In this document: one piece after another, positions 37,548-49,139 of the stretch | Layout: the number at the start of each line of letters is the position of its first letter | How positions within the stretch are numbered: the stretch's first letter is position 1 | Assembly: GCF_032062105.1 (NCBI RefSeq) | Contig: NW_026931211.1 | Coordinates: 124,001 to 188,000, forward strand | DNA: 64,000 nt | Source: Saccostrea cucullata | Taxonomy: Eukaryota | Reading direction: 5' to 3' | The notes under the pieces: generated by a model | Database searches by the model: none | What the model saw: the letters and a program-made list of their open reading frames with translations, nothing else | What the model was told of the DNA's origin: nothing | Program-made: the position numbers and the translations under genes

Positions 37548-38770
37548 CAGGAATGGGGTCGATTACTTTCAAATTAATCGATTAAATTATAATTACTTTG
37601 GATTTTAAAAGTAATCGATTACAAGCTGATTACAACCATATTTTAAGGTAATCAATTACATCTGATTACTTGTCCTTCATGTAATCATGATTACTTGTGG
37701 TTACTTTAGATTGCATTATTTTTTATAAGTTTTTTGAGTTGAATAATCAAGGAAATTAAGCAGCATATTTAAATTCATTTTTAAAAACTGTTTACATTAA
37801 ATAGGTACAAGTCAAAGTTTGGTGGAACAAGTCATTAAAAAGATGCATGAGATGGTTTATCTGATATCACCTGATTTCTATCTAATTAGCAAATATCTGT
37901 ATTATTGTAGAGAAAAAATACAAAATAAGTAATCAAGAAATAAAACTGGACATAATAATAGTAGGGATAAAGGGATCCAGTTAGAGTACTGTTAGATAAG
38001 TAATTGACCATCTTCATAAGAGTTAGTAATGAACTTTTCAATTAAATTGCCAATTTTTAGATGTTTTTACTAGAATTAACACATTGACCTGACAGGCATG
38101 GATTAGTTCAACATTGTTATTTCCCAAGCTGACCCAACTTTAGTATACATCTGTGTTCTTATAACTATGCTAACTTTAAAATTCACACATATTTCTATTT
38201 AAATCTCAAAGGAATATAAGATATCTGATTCAGATATATATTTAAATTTAAACAGGAAAAAAACAAATGTACATGCATGTTAATTAATTGAATTAAAATA
38301 AAAATAATAAATAACTTTAATATGAATCTTTGGTAATTTTCCTTCAGTATATATCTAGCCAAACGAGGCGAATTGCTAAGTTGCTCAAGAATTTTGTTCA
38401 AGTAAGCTAGGAACTTAGAAAATTTACTCATTGTCGGGTCAATGGACAAGATTATAAGCATTTCTAGAAGCAATAAAAGAAGATATAGCTTTAGTTACAT
38501 TATTATTTATTTTCATAATAATAACTTTGCTTATAAAAAAATATACACACTGAAAAGTATTCATTGAATATCAAAAAAATCATGATTTATGAACTTTCTT
38601 TTAATAATTGTAATCATAAAGTAATCAAAAAGTAATCATGATTACAGGATTTTTTTTTTTAGAGTAATCTATTAAATTACGATTACTAGTAATCAGAAAA
38701 ATGGATGATTACTGATTACTAATGATTACTCTGCAAACTGTATTCGATTACAGCTGATAACGATTGCCTG
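37548..38770. mobile_element. hAT-like MITE with subterminal GTAATC/GATTAC repeats
   Basis: CAGG..CCTG ends; 8-bp TSD GTCCCCAC at 37540-37547 and 38771-38778. Confidence 0.85.
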
Positions 38771-39161
38771 GTCCCCACAAAATCCACTAAAAGGGTTTTA
38801 CTGCGTACGATTCTACCAAATCACCTATCATTTATGATTTGGGCTCTACGGGACAATGTGATAAAAGTTGAAAATATAATTACCGTCTGTTAACCAGAAC
38901 TTTCCTAGATTTTGTATAACTAAAAAATCATTCCATAGATTTCAACAGGTCTAAAAGCATCCCTCTTTTAAAAATCAGTATAATTACCGAAAGACAGCAA
39001 CTGACCACATTCAGATTCTGATAACAAAAACAATATAATCTTTTGTGTCGCAGGAAAATTTAAACGTGATTGAAAGTCAAATATTTATATAGTGTTCTGT
39101 GCATACTCAAACATCATATTTGGTGGACATATGAACTTGTCCTTGTCACCCAAACTGCAGT

Positions 39162-39738
39162 TTAAATTAAATTGAATTTGTTATTATTTTTAGGATTTCT
39201 CACAGGAAATTCAATTATATCGGATTCCACCAGCACAAGCAGTATTATCTCAGTGAAGTCTAGTCCAAAATCTAACGCTGGAAAGACGAAGAATATAATC
39301 GTTGCGTCGTATTTGTCAAACAGGCGAAACGAATACAAGAACATGAAAAATCCAGACATGAATGCTAGGAGTTTTGCGATATTTGATATTTTGTGGGCCA
39401 GCATCAGTGTATCCTTATTTTCCCCATCTTCTCCTTCTTTCCGTTCATTATCCATCGGCTTTATGATCTTATGATCCTTTCTAAATATAGCATATCCCAA
39501 AAACACAATAGCAAATATAGTACCAAATAAAATGAGAAGACAGAAAACCAACATTATTATGCACATGCTATCAGATAGCATTGTTTCACCAAAAGAGGTA
39601 CCAAACGTTATCAATTCAATCAAAAGACACAACCACACTATACACAAACGTAGGAAGGCAGTATGGAGATATAATTTTTGAAAAATTTTCGGTCCAATAC
39701 AGTGGATACATATCGCTGAAAAAAACGCTTGTCTCCAT
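39162..39738 (-). CDS. Orphan multi-pass membrane protein, paralog 1; frameshift near the start, possible pseudogene
   Basis: Near-identical blocks to 47977-48546 (LIELITFGTSFGETMLSDSMC; YDATIIFFVFPALDFGLDF). The homologous ATG at 39738 is out of frame because of an indel at the A7 run 39719-39725. Confidence 0.7.
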
Positions 39739-40415
39739 CCTCTGTTTTCTAAACGCCGGACTGTCCTTTCGAAAAATTAAACAAAGTTGCTGAAAGCAAA
39801 ATGTTAAGAAAAGTGAAGAAGAATCCTAGTTTATGATTATTCGGGTTATTAGATTCCGAGTTTATTTACCCACAAAAGGTAAAAAAAATATCTTATTGAT
39901 TTTATATTAAGAGAAATTAAATCGTTTCAAAGGTCACTATTCTCTCCAATGAAAGTCAATAATTACCTTTTTTCGAGTAGAATTTGTCTCTCAAGTCATA
40001 TTAAAGAATTGTAAATTACATATGGAGAACAATTGTTGTGTATTTATTCTAAATCATACACCAAATAACTCTCAATTACAAGCTCTCTGCTATGCCTTTT
40101 TTCAAAATACATGAAGCACAAATTCCATGACTAAGTCTTGTATTATTATGTGTGCAATTAGATATCTATCTATTTAATTCATTTGTCTATATAGTAATAC
40201 TGGTATGCAAATTTTAGGAAAGTAGATCAGAATGTTAAACAAATTAGAATAAGATAGATTTATGTACGTAAGATAGAAAAATACTGAAAAATATTTGTGG
40301 AATCCAATACTTGTTTTTTTTTTTTTTAGGTTTGCGGGGAATTTGATGTCGTGAATGACTTTTTTTAAATAGTTCTGTTTATGACACTTTACATTTCCTG
40401 CCATAAATGAATTAA

Positions 40416-41237
40416 GACAGCGGAACATTAACTGGCAAAATTGGAAATATACAGCTTACGTCATTTCTATCTGCTACAATCAAAACATTCAGTGATAGAC
40501 AATGAAATGGGCGGGTACAATTCGACGCGGATGCAGATTGAAATTCATTTTCAATCCACCTGAGCTGTTTTCAACGCAAAGAGTGAATGTATGATCCAAA
40601 AATCAATTTTATTTCAACTCCCAAATACGTATTGTTTGAAGTTCACATTAATATGAGTTTTAGCTTATAATTTTAAGAACGCGAAAGATAATACAAGACA
40701 AAGGTTATTTTTCAGGAGATATTTGATTCTAAAAAGGGGGGGGGAATTATCGAGTCTGGTCATGGCTTAACATGACAATATATTTTATTTTTATGATTAT
40801 AAAAGTGCATGAGTTTTACACTTATTTTCACTGAAAACTGTTGGACAACTTTATTTAAAAATCGTTCACACCCCCCCCCCCCCAACCACCACCAACAACA
40901 ACAACACAAAGATATACATATATTTACCAAACAAAAATGAAGTATTTGTCCCTTAAATTTTTATTCATTTAAAACACTGGACAAAAAAATTTAAACTGCA
41001 TGTACCAAAATTGAAATTATTTGTCTTCTGGGTCAATCAGTAATAATGTGCCTTCTAGCATAGCTGAGGTGGATTGAAAATTTATTTCAATCTGCAATTT
41101 CAATCCCATGTTTTCCAAACGTCCGCGTCGAATTGTACCCGCCCATTTCATTGTCTATCACTGAATGTTTTGATTGTAACAGAAAGAAATGACGTAAGCT
41201 GTATATTTCCAATTTTGCCAGTTAATGTTCCGCGGTC
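40416..41237. mobile_element. MITE with long TIRs and TTAA flanks (Kolobok-like)
   Basis: ttaa|gacagcggaacattaactggcaaaattggaaatatacagcttacgtc... and its reverse complement over more than 110 bp. Confidence 0.75.
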
Positions 41238-41602
41238 TTAATGGGTGTCTATAGACCTAGAAAAACAGAAAATATTTAACCCCAACGAAAATTGGTGATT
41301 TCATACAATCATACTGCTGACCAGTCTAACTCGCTGTGGATAATTTTAATGATAGCTGAAAGGAAACTTAAATAATTCAGCGTAAAAATAATGACCTTCC
41401 AATTTGTATTAACAAGTCAGTCGACATTGGAGTATTGACAGATTGTATTTGAAAAAAGATCATTGTATCAGCCATAATATTTGCGTACTTTTGACTGAGC
41501 GAGATTCTACATGATTTCCACTAACGTATTTGTCAACAAGACAGTTTTGAACATATTGTATTTTTTAAAATATAAATTTTCGCTTCTTTTTACTCTGTGT
41601 AG

Positions 41603-42073
41603 GAATTACCCTTCCTGGATGTTGATTTTTTACGTTTTCTTGGGTCTTTGTTCACCAATTATATTGGTCTTTATATTGCAATTCCTTCCTTTGCATCATG
41701 ACTTGCTAAGAGATGTGGCGATATTCCTTGCTACTGGTGCTGTGGTGTCAGCAAACGCTCTGACAACTGTCCTGGCAAAGAGTTCTGCTGGTGTAAACTA
41801 TTAGACATATGGTTTTTGGAACACTCTCGAGACTTTTTACAAGTAAACTCCAGTACTGGTGTGCAGATCTTTGAAACTTTCAATATCGTATGCGACATAT
41901 CGTTAAAAAATGCTCATAGAGGATCTGATTTTAATCAGATGGCATTTTTGTCTTTTGTTCATATCTTCGTTGGAGCTAGCATTCTGTCAATCTTCAGCAA
42001 TATTTCCCTCTTTCCATCTATTTATAAAATGTTGTCTAGAAATGAACATCATTTTCGTTATAAGGAAATCTAG
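41603..42073 (+). pseudogene. Relic of the B-box-Vps55 chimera (last two exons only)
   Basis: NYPSWMLIFYVFLGLCS..LRDVAIFLATGAVVSANAL and VGASILSIFSNISLFPSIYKMLSRNE match copy 2. The last acceptor AG is lost and no B-box exon is visible upstream. Confidence 0.75.
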
Positions 42074-42734
42074 AAAGTGCAGTGTTATGTTTATAAATTT
42101 GTTTAAAATTAATCTTTCTACCAAATGAAAATGACATTTTGATTCCAAAAAAACATTGACTTTTGTAAGAAAACAATGCTAGTAACTGGTACCACTGGAC
42201 CGTTTTACACCATGACATTTGATCCTACCTCTTTTTTCAAAGGTCTATGTGAGCTTCATATTATTTATGCTTTTATAGATTTGTAATGGTTATGGGCATT
42301 TAAAAAAAACACTCTGAAGACCCTAAATAATGGAATGCCCTGACTACCCTTGGAATAGACCAGTCCAACGGTTTATTGGTATAAAGCGAAGCTTTAGGGA
42401 AATCAGGCATTCAGAAGGTAACGACTGAAGCTGAAGGCTGAACTAAGAAGATTATTAGAGAAAATCAAGAAATTAGAGGTAAGAACAGAAATAGCACCAG
42501 TGACAGGTAATCTAGGGAATTGTTGGTAAGTTCTGGATGCATTAAATCTGCAGAAGATTGAGACACTCAGTTCTTTCCTATCAAAAGAAACCTAGGAAAG
42601 AAACACGGTGCAAAAGCCATACTCAGTCCCCGTCCCTAAATAAAAAAAAATTAATAAAGTGTGATTTTCCTTCAGATAGAACAGCCCTAGAATTACAATT
42701 CCAATCATTTACTCAAGCAGAGTTAGAGAAAAAG

Positions 42735-42916
42735 CACAGGAGTTCGCGTACCTATCAATTATACCAAAATTTTCATTAAATAAAAAAAAAATCCGTAATA
42801 TACGTATAATAATAACACAAGGTGTGTTATTATTATAGGTTATTATTATAGGTATTACGTATGTTTTTTATTTACCGAAAATTTCGGAAAAATTGATAGG
42901 TACGCGAACTCCTGTG
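42735..42916. mobile_element. Small palindromic MITE, CACAGG..CCTGTG ends (P-like)
   Basis: TIR cacaggagttcgcgtacctatcaatt; 8-bp TSD AGAAAAAG. Confidence 0.8.
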
Positions 42917-43248
42917 AGAAAAAGCTATATATTGTACATATATCCCTTGTAGAATCCAATCATACACGTTACAGCTTGGTCAATATTTATCTTCTCTATT
43001 CATTTATGAAATTTTATCCTGTTGTTTTTGGTATAACAGCAAGATTTTCGCATACATAGAGGATATTTAATGGTTTGTAGTTGAATATGGAATTTATTTC
43101 AGGAGTGGGACATGATTTTTATTTCCTCCATGGCGCCTGATCCCATCTCTTATGTGTTGGAGGTCCTTGTTTGTTCCGCTCCTATTTCGTATTGTTTTAT
43201 GGACTTTTGATCTTTGAGAAAACCCAAAATATTTTAATTTAATGTATA

Positions 43249-44210
43249 CTGAAAGGAAAAAGAAACACAGGTAACATAATATTTGATATTTTTTTTGACC
43301 GCATGACCGAAAATTAAGAAAATTAGTCAGATGACAATATTAGTTAGTATATGCACCAAAATCAGTACTCAGAATTACTCAACCATAAAATATATGACTT
43401 AACGTAGGGAAATAAACCCCAAAGATAAAAACACGTGAACATTTATGACGACGAGTTTGTCAGCAGATCTTGTTTTACCATTTGATGCACAAAAGGTATA
43501 CGCATTGTTTTTCAATATTTACAGACGATATGAATTTCTTGCAATCTTTGTATAGTTTACAATGCAGCTTCTTGTAAATTTTCACCAATAGAACGTCTTG
43601 CCCGTTGTCAGAGATGACTAAGAATGGTTTCCAACCAACCGTGACGATGACGTTAACGCGAAACAGAGGATCTTAACAATCGGGTTATTCGTCCTGCCAT
43701 CTATTTAATCGCCACCTTACTACTACATAAACCGCTTTTAATACAGTAAACTATCATAATCATTACATTCACCTGAAAACTGAAAGAAAACAATAGCGCA
43801 ATTTGGTTTTTTGAGCCGGTCAACTTACTTTTGTTTTCCCTTCACTGGCGCACGCATGTGTCGTTTGAATAATTTTTCGGTGCATTTACGCATGCTCGGT
43901 TTTGAAGGGTTTAAAAGATACCAATTCTGATGAATCTCTTGCAAAGGAGAATCTAGGCTGTGACAGACGCGCGAGTGAGACATTGAAGATAATCAGAGTA
44001 TTTGATTTTTACTTTTGGGGGTGGGGGGTGGGGGTTTATTGTCAAATGGGTCTCAATAACACACGAATGAAAGGCCAAAATCAAATGGGATTTTTATTAC
44101 ATATTCTTTAAAGATGATTTTAAAATTAAAATAGGATTACTGAAAAAAATAAACAGAAAAAAAATTTAATTCACCTCAAAAGTTTGTCCTGCGTTTCTCT
44201 TTCCTTTCAG
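43249..44210. mobile_element. ~1-kb TA-flanked TIR element, copy A
   Basis: ta|ctgaaaggaaaaagaaacacagg ... cctgcgtttctctttcctttcag|ta. Confidence 0.7.
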
Positions 44211-44439
44211 TATATATATATGTCTTGGTTTAAGGCATCATTACACAAATTGTATGAATTTCCCGAATATGACAAGGATCACACGGACGGTGTACATGAC
44301 CGGTCGGTAGGGGATACTCACTCCTCCATGGTACCTGATCCCACCTCTGATGTTTTGCAAGTCCATGTTTGTTCTGCTCCAATTTTGTATTGTTTAATGG
44401 AATTCTGGGCTTCAATACTGTTCGTCATCGCCATATATA

Positions 44440-45463
44440 CTGAAAGAAAAAGAAATGCTGGGTAAACTTCTGAGGTGAAATGAATTTATTTGTCTTTTAA
44501 TTTTTTTTTCAGTATTACTATCTAACTTTTAAAATCATCTTTCAAATAGTTATAACCAAAATCCATTTGATTTTTGTCTAATAATTCATGAGTTATTGAA
44601 GTTCATGTGACGATACCCCCAAAAGTGAAAATCGAAAACTCTCATTATCTTTTTATCTCCTGCGCATATCCTTATATCATATCGTATCCTTATTTCTCCT
44701 TAGCATGGAATCCATCAAAATGTTTATCTTTCTAACCCTGGCTATATTGGGCATGGGTAACCACGCCAAAAAATTAATCAAACGATGCGCGCATGCGCCA
44801 GTGAGAGGAACACAACAGTAAGTTGACCGGCTCAAAAACCAAATTGCGTAATCGTTTTCTTTCATTTTTCTCGTAAATGTAATGATTATCATAGTCTACT
44901 GTATAAATGGCGTTTTTTTGTGGTAGTAATGTGGTGATTTAAGAGATGATAGGACGAATAAACCGCCCGTAACATGACTCTGTTTCGCATTAACGTCTTC
45001 GTCACGGTTGATTAAAAACCATTCCAGGCCTTTTTTAACAACGGGTAACAAGTTTTATTGGTGAAAATTTACAAGAAACTGCTTAATTACCCCTTGTTTT
45101 CATTTTTATTAAGTAGGCAATTCGAAAATTAGACCCCCTGGAACTTCCGTATACTGTACCAATTATGATTGCAAGAAATTCATATCCTCTCTCAATATTG
45201 AAAAGCTGTGTGTATACCCCAGGTGCATAAAATGGTGCAACAAGATTTGTTGAAAACTCGCCATCATCAAATTGCACGTGTTTGGACTTTTTTGCATTTT
45301 TTCTTCGTGACTTCATACAGTTTACGGCTGACTGATTTTGAACATTGATTTTCGTGCATAGTAACTAAATTTCTCATCTGACCAATTTTCGTTATTTTCG
45401 GTCATGCGGTCAAAAACTTTTCAAAAATTTAGCTACCCTAGCTGCGTTTCTTTTTTCTTTCAG
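44440..45463. mobile_element. Same element, copy B, inverted
   Basis: Same TIRs; the interior is the reverse complement of copy A (e.g. ttgaccgcatgaccgaaaat / attttcggtcatgcggtcaa). Confidence 0.7.
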
Positions 45464-45869
45464 TAAATTTCCTCTTATATTATAAGCTTTCAAAAGCCGG
45501 CAAGAATGTAGGTTGTTTCGAAAATCATTTATATTTAAAACAGTTTAATCTTTAGTATACAATCATCTGAGTTACATCAAAAAATATAATTCCTGAAGGC
45601 TTTGAATGTATTAAGTTTAACTAAATTCATTCTTCAATATATAAATGTTGAGGACCAGAAAAGATGTTTGTTCATACGTTGTCATGCAGTTAACAATAAA
45701 GTACCTACTAAAATTCAAACTTAGTTTACCATTTCTATTTAAAGTTGTACAATAATAACAAGGAAAGACAAAGATTTTTTTATAGGACTTTTACGAATAG
45801 CTCTGACTCTTACAATTGGCAGCTTGGTTTTACACAAAAACAGTGTAGGGCAGCTTTTTTGTCTGCAAA

Positions 45870-46830
45870 TACAATTTATCATGGAGTCAAATGCTGACCG
45901 ACATTTTTTATACCAATTGTTATTCCTTTATTTATACACTGAATTGACGACGGATTTTTCCGTTATTTCCTGATCATGACAAAGAGCACACGGCGGGTGT
46001 GACCGGTCGATCAGCAGGGGATGGTCACTCATCCATGGTACCTGATCCCACCTCTGATGTTTTGGAGGTTCGTGTTTGCTCTGCTCCTGTTTTGTACCGG
46101 GTATTGTTTTATGGACTTTTAGATTGAATATTGTTCGTTATCTTCACATCCTTCTTTTACGATATAAATATTCAGCTCAACATTCAATTCAACGGAAATT
46201 TCGGACTTTCGGATTATTTCAAAGAATAAATCAGTTGTCTTCAAAGAAAACAAAAACCACAGCCCTCTCCACTCCCGGTCTTTACATGTTAGTCCCCTTT
46301 AACAACATTAGAGGCACAACCTATAACCACTAGAATTGAAACACTATGAGATAACAAACATTTTTCATCATCAAAAATCCATAAAACAATACAAAATATG
46401 AGCAGATCAAGTACGGACCTCACAAACAACAGAGGTAGGATCAGATGCCATGGAGGAGTAAGCATTTCCTGTCGACCGGTCAAACCCCGCCGTGTGCTCC
46501 TTGTCATGATCGAAAAATAACGGAAAACCGTCATCAATGCAGTGTACATGTATTTAATAATGGACTAACAATTAGCATGAAAAACGTCAGTCAGGATTTG
46601 ATTCAATGATTTGCTTACAATGTCATTTTTTCGACCATAGAAGTTACGAAATGATGACTTTAAGCGCGACTGCTGATTTTCTTGTTTCATCAACATTTTG
46701 TCAATAATTTACCTCGTTTTAGAAATTGTTCATACATAGATCATGCTTATAGGAAGTTGACGATAGATAAGTTAAAGTCATTACTTTTAACATATAGTTT
46801 GGTTGTGAGATTTCCAAAGATGTTCTTATG
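45870..46830. mobile_element. Penelope-like 3' fragments in opposite orientations (45870-46145 +, 46350-46830 -)
   Basis: Conserved core gggtgtgaccggtc..cagggga..ctcctccatgg.acctgatcccacct. Confidence 0.7.
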
Positions 46831-47976
46831 TGTTAAAAAGTCTGTACCTCCGTACATGATACATGTTTAGTTTAAAATTCATTGAAATGGATTGAATATC
46901 AGGCATAAATGCCTATAATCGTTCTCTCCATACAGGTTTAAATGCCAAGTAAACCGTCAACTGTGAAATTAGTGACTTCGAAAACGTCCATACCTACGTG
47001 TATACAATCACACATACTCTTAATATTTCATTAGTGAAACACGGGCAAGAATCCTTCCGTAAAAAGGAAATACACAATATTTGATGGCGGGAAAAGTTTT
47101 TGTTTTAAATATACACGACAGATCATAAATAAACGAAAATTATATGTTTAATCAACATTGTGCTTATAATAAAACCATATCTGTGAAGAAAAGCATCCCT
47201 ATTTAAAAATAACCATAAATTCATTGTGGGGACAATTCAAGATATTAGGGAAAAGCTTGTGGATTATTTGAAGTGTACATTTTCGAGTTGGTTAATGAAT
47301 GGTAACTTCTACTAATTTAAAATTTTTGATTTATAGGAGTTCCCAAAAAATCCACTGAAAAGCGGATCTCATGAATACAATTCTGCCAACTCAAAGATCA
47401 TTTATGAATTGAACTCTACGGGATAATGTGATGAAAGTTGTAAATATACTCGTATGTTGAACTTGACTTAAACTTTCCTCGGATTTCGTCTAGCTTACAA
47501 ACCATTTCAAAGATTTAGACAGGTATGCCTTAACTGCATACAGGGTTATTTAAGCTGTGTTATTTTCGCCCTTTTACACTTACTTACATTTGCCCCTTTT
47601 TAAATTCGCCCAGTCTTAGTTTTGTTGAGAAATTATGTTGTATTCTTTGGATTCGCCCTGTTTTACATTTGTCCACTTGAGGCGAGGGCGAGAGGGGCGA
47701 AAATAAAGCGGATTCGAAAATTTCCTTTATACAGTATGTATAATAACCAAAAGACAGCAATTAATCACATTTGGTATCCGATAACAAATACAATTATCAT
47801 TTTTAGTGTAGCAAGAAAACAAATAGTGTTCAATGTCAAATATTTATATAAACGTGTTCTGTGCGTACTCAACCATCACATTTGGCCATGTAAAGTTGTC
47901 CATGTCACCCAATCTGCAGTTTAATTCAATCGAATTTTTATAATTTTTTTTGTATTCTTCCGATTTTTATGGATTT

Positions 47977-48546
47977 TTAAAAAGGTCTAACCATGTCATC
48001 AGATTTATCACACGGTAATTCCATTATGTTGGATTCCACTAGCACAAGCAATATTATCTCAATGAAGTCGAGTCCAAAATCCAATGCTGGGAACACGAAG
48101 AATATGATCGTTGCGTCGTATATGTCAAACAGGCGAAATGAATACAAGAACATGAAAAATCCAGATATGAATGCTAGGAGTTTTGCAATAACTGATATTT
48201 TGTGGGCCAGCATCAACGTTTCATTATCTTCGTTTTCTTCGCGGTGTTTTCCTATCTGCTTTAACCTCTCATGATCTTTTATTAAGCCAAGGTATCCACA
48301 ATACACGATGGTAATTAGCGTACCAAATAAAATTAGAAGACAGAAAACCAACATTGTTATGCACATGCTATCAGATAGCATTGTTTCACCAAATGAGGTA
48401 CCGAACGTTATCAATTCAATTAAAAGACATAAATCCACTATGCACAAACGCAGGAAGGCGGTATGGAGATGTAATTTTTTAAGAATATGAGATCCAAAAC
48501 AGTGGATACATAAGGCTGAAATAATGTCAAAAACGCTGGTCTCCAT
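47977..48546 (-). CDS. Orphan multi-pass membrane protein, paralog 2 (189 aa, single coding exon)
   Basis: Open ATG-to-stop ORF with about 4 hydrophobic segments and a charged loop; conserved with paralog 1. Confidence 0.75.
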   Translation of the reverse strand: METSVFDIISALCIHCFGSHILKKLHLHTAFLRLCIVDLCLLIELITFGTSFGETMLSDSMCITMLVFCLLILFGTLITIVYCGYLGLIKDHERLKQIGKHREENEDNETLMLAHKISVIAKLLAFISGFFMFLYSFRLFDIYDATIIFFVFPALDFGLDFIEIILLVLVESNIMELPCDKSDDMVRPF

Positions 48547-49139
48547 CTTAAAATTTCTATGTACCGGACTTTCCTTTCAAAAAATGATGCATACTAATTT
48601 TCTGATAGCAAAATTAATGTTAAGAAAGGGAAAAAAGCTTATCTATTATTATTCGCTGGCAGATTTAATTGGGTTATTAAATTCAATTTTTTAAATCTCA
48701 TTGATTTGATATTTTAGGTACTTTAAATGCCATTATTCTCTCAAATAAAAGTCTTCAATCTATGTTTTTTTTTTTCAGAGTAGGCACTATCTCCTGGCTT
48801 TTCTTTAAAGAAATCAGATTACAGGTTTGTACTACAATTGAAATGTACTCATTCTATATTCATTTGAACCCCAAACAATCTTTGAATACAAACCCTCTGT
48901 CATGCCTTTTTGTTAAAAAAAAAAACACGAGGCACATATTTCATGCCCTCGACTTTTATTATTTTGCTTGCAATTGAATGTCTACTAAATATTCTTTTGT
49001 TGTATTTGTAAAATACCATTATTCGGCAAAGTAGATTAAATGGAACACAAAGAATTTAAGAATTTAGAATTCACTTGATAGATTTATCTATATAAGATAG
49101 AAAATTAATGCCGATAGATAAAACATATGGAAATAAACA

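Noticed and set aside
47977-48546. Orphan TM protein as Vps68/TMEM50, the partner of Vps55
   Set aside because: I see no TMEM50 motifs (GWW..ID, MINAV); proximity alone is not evidence.
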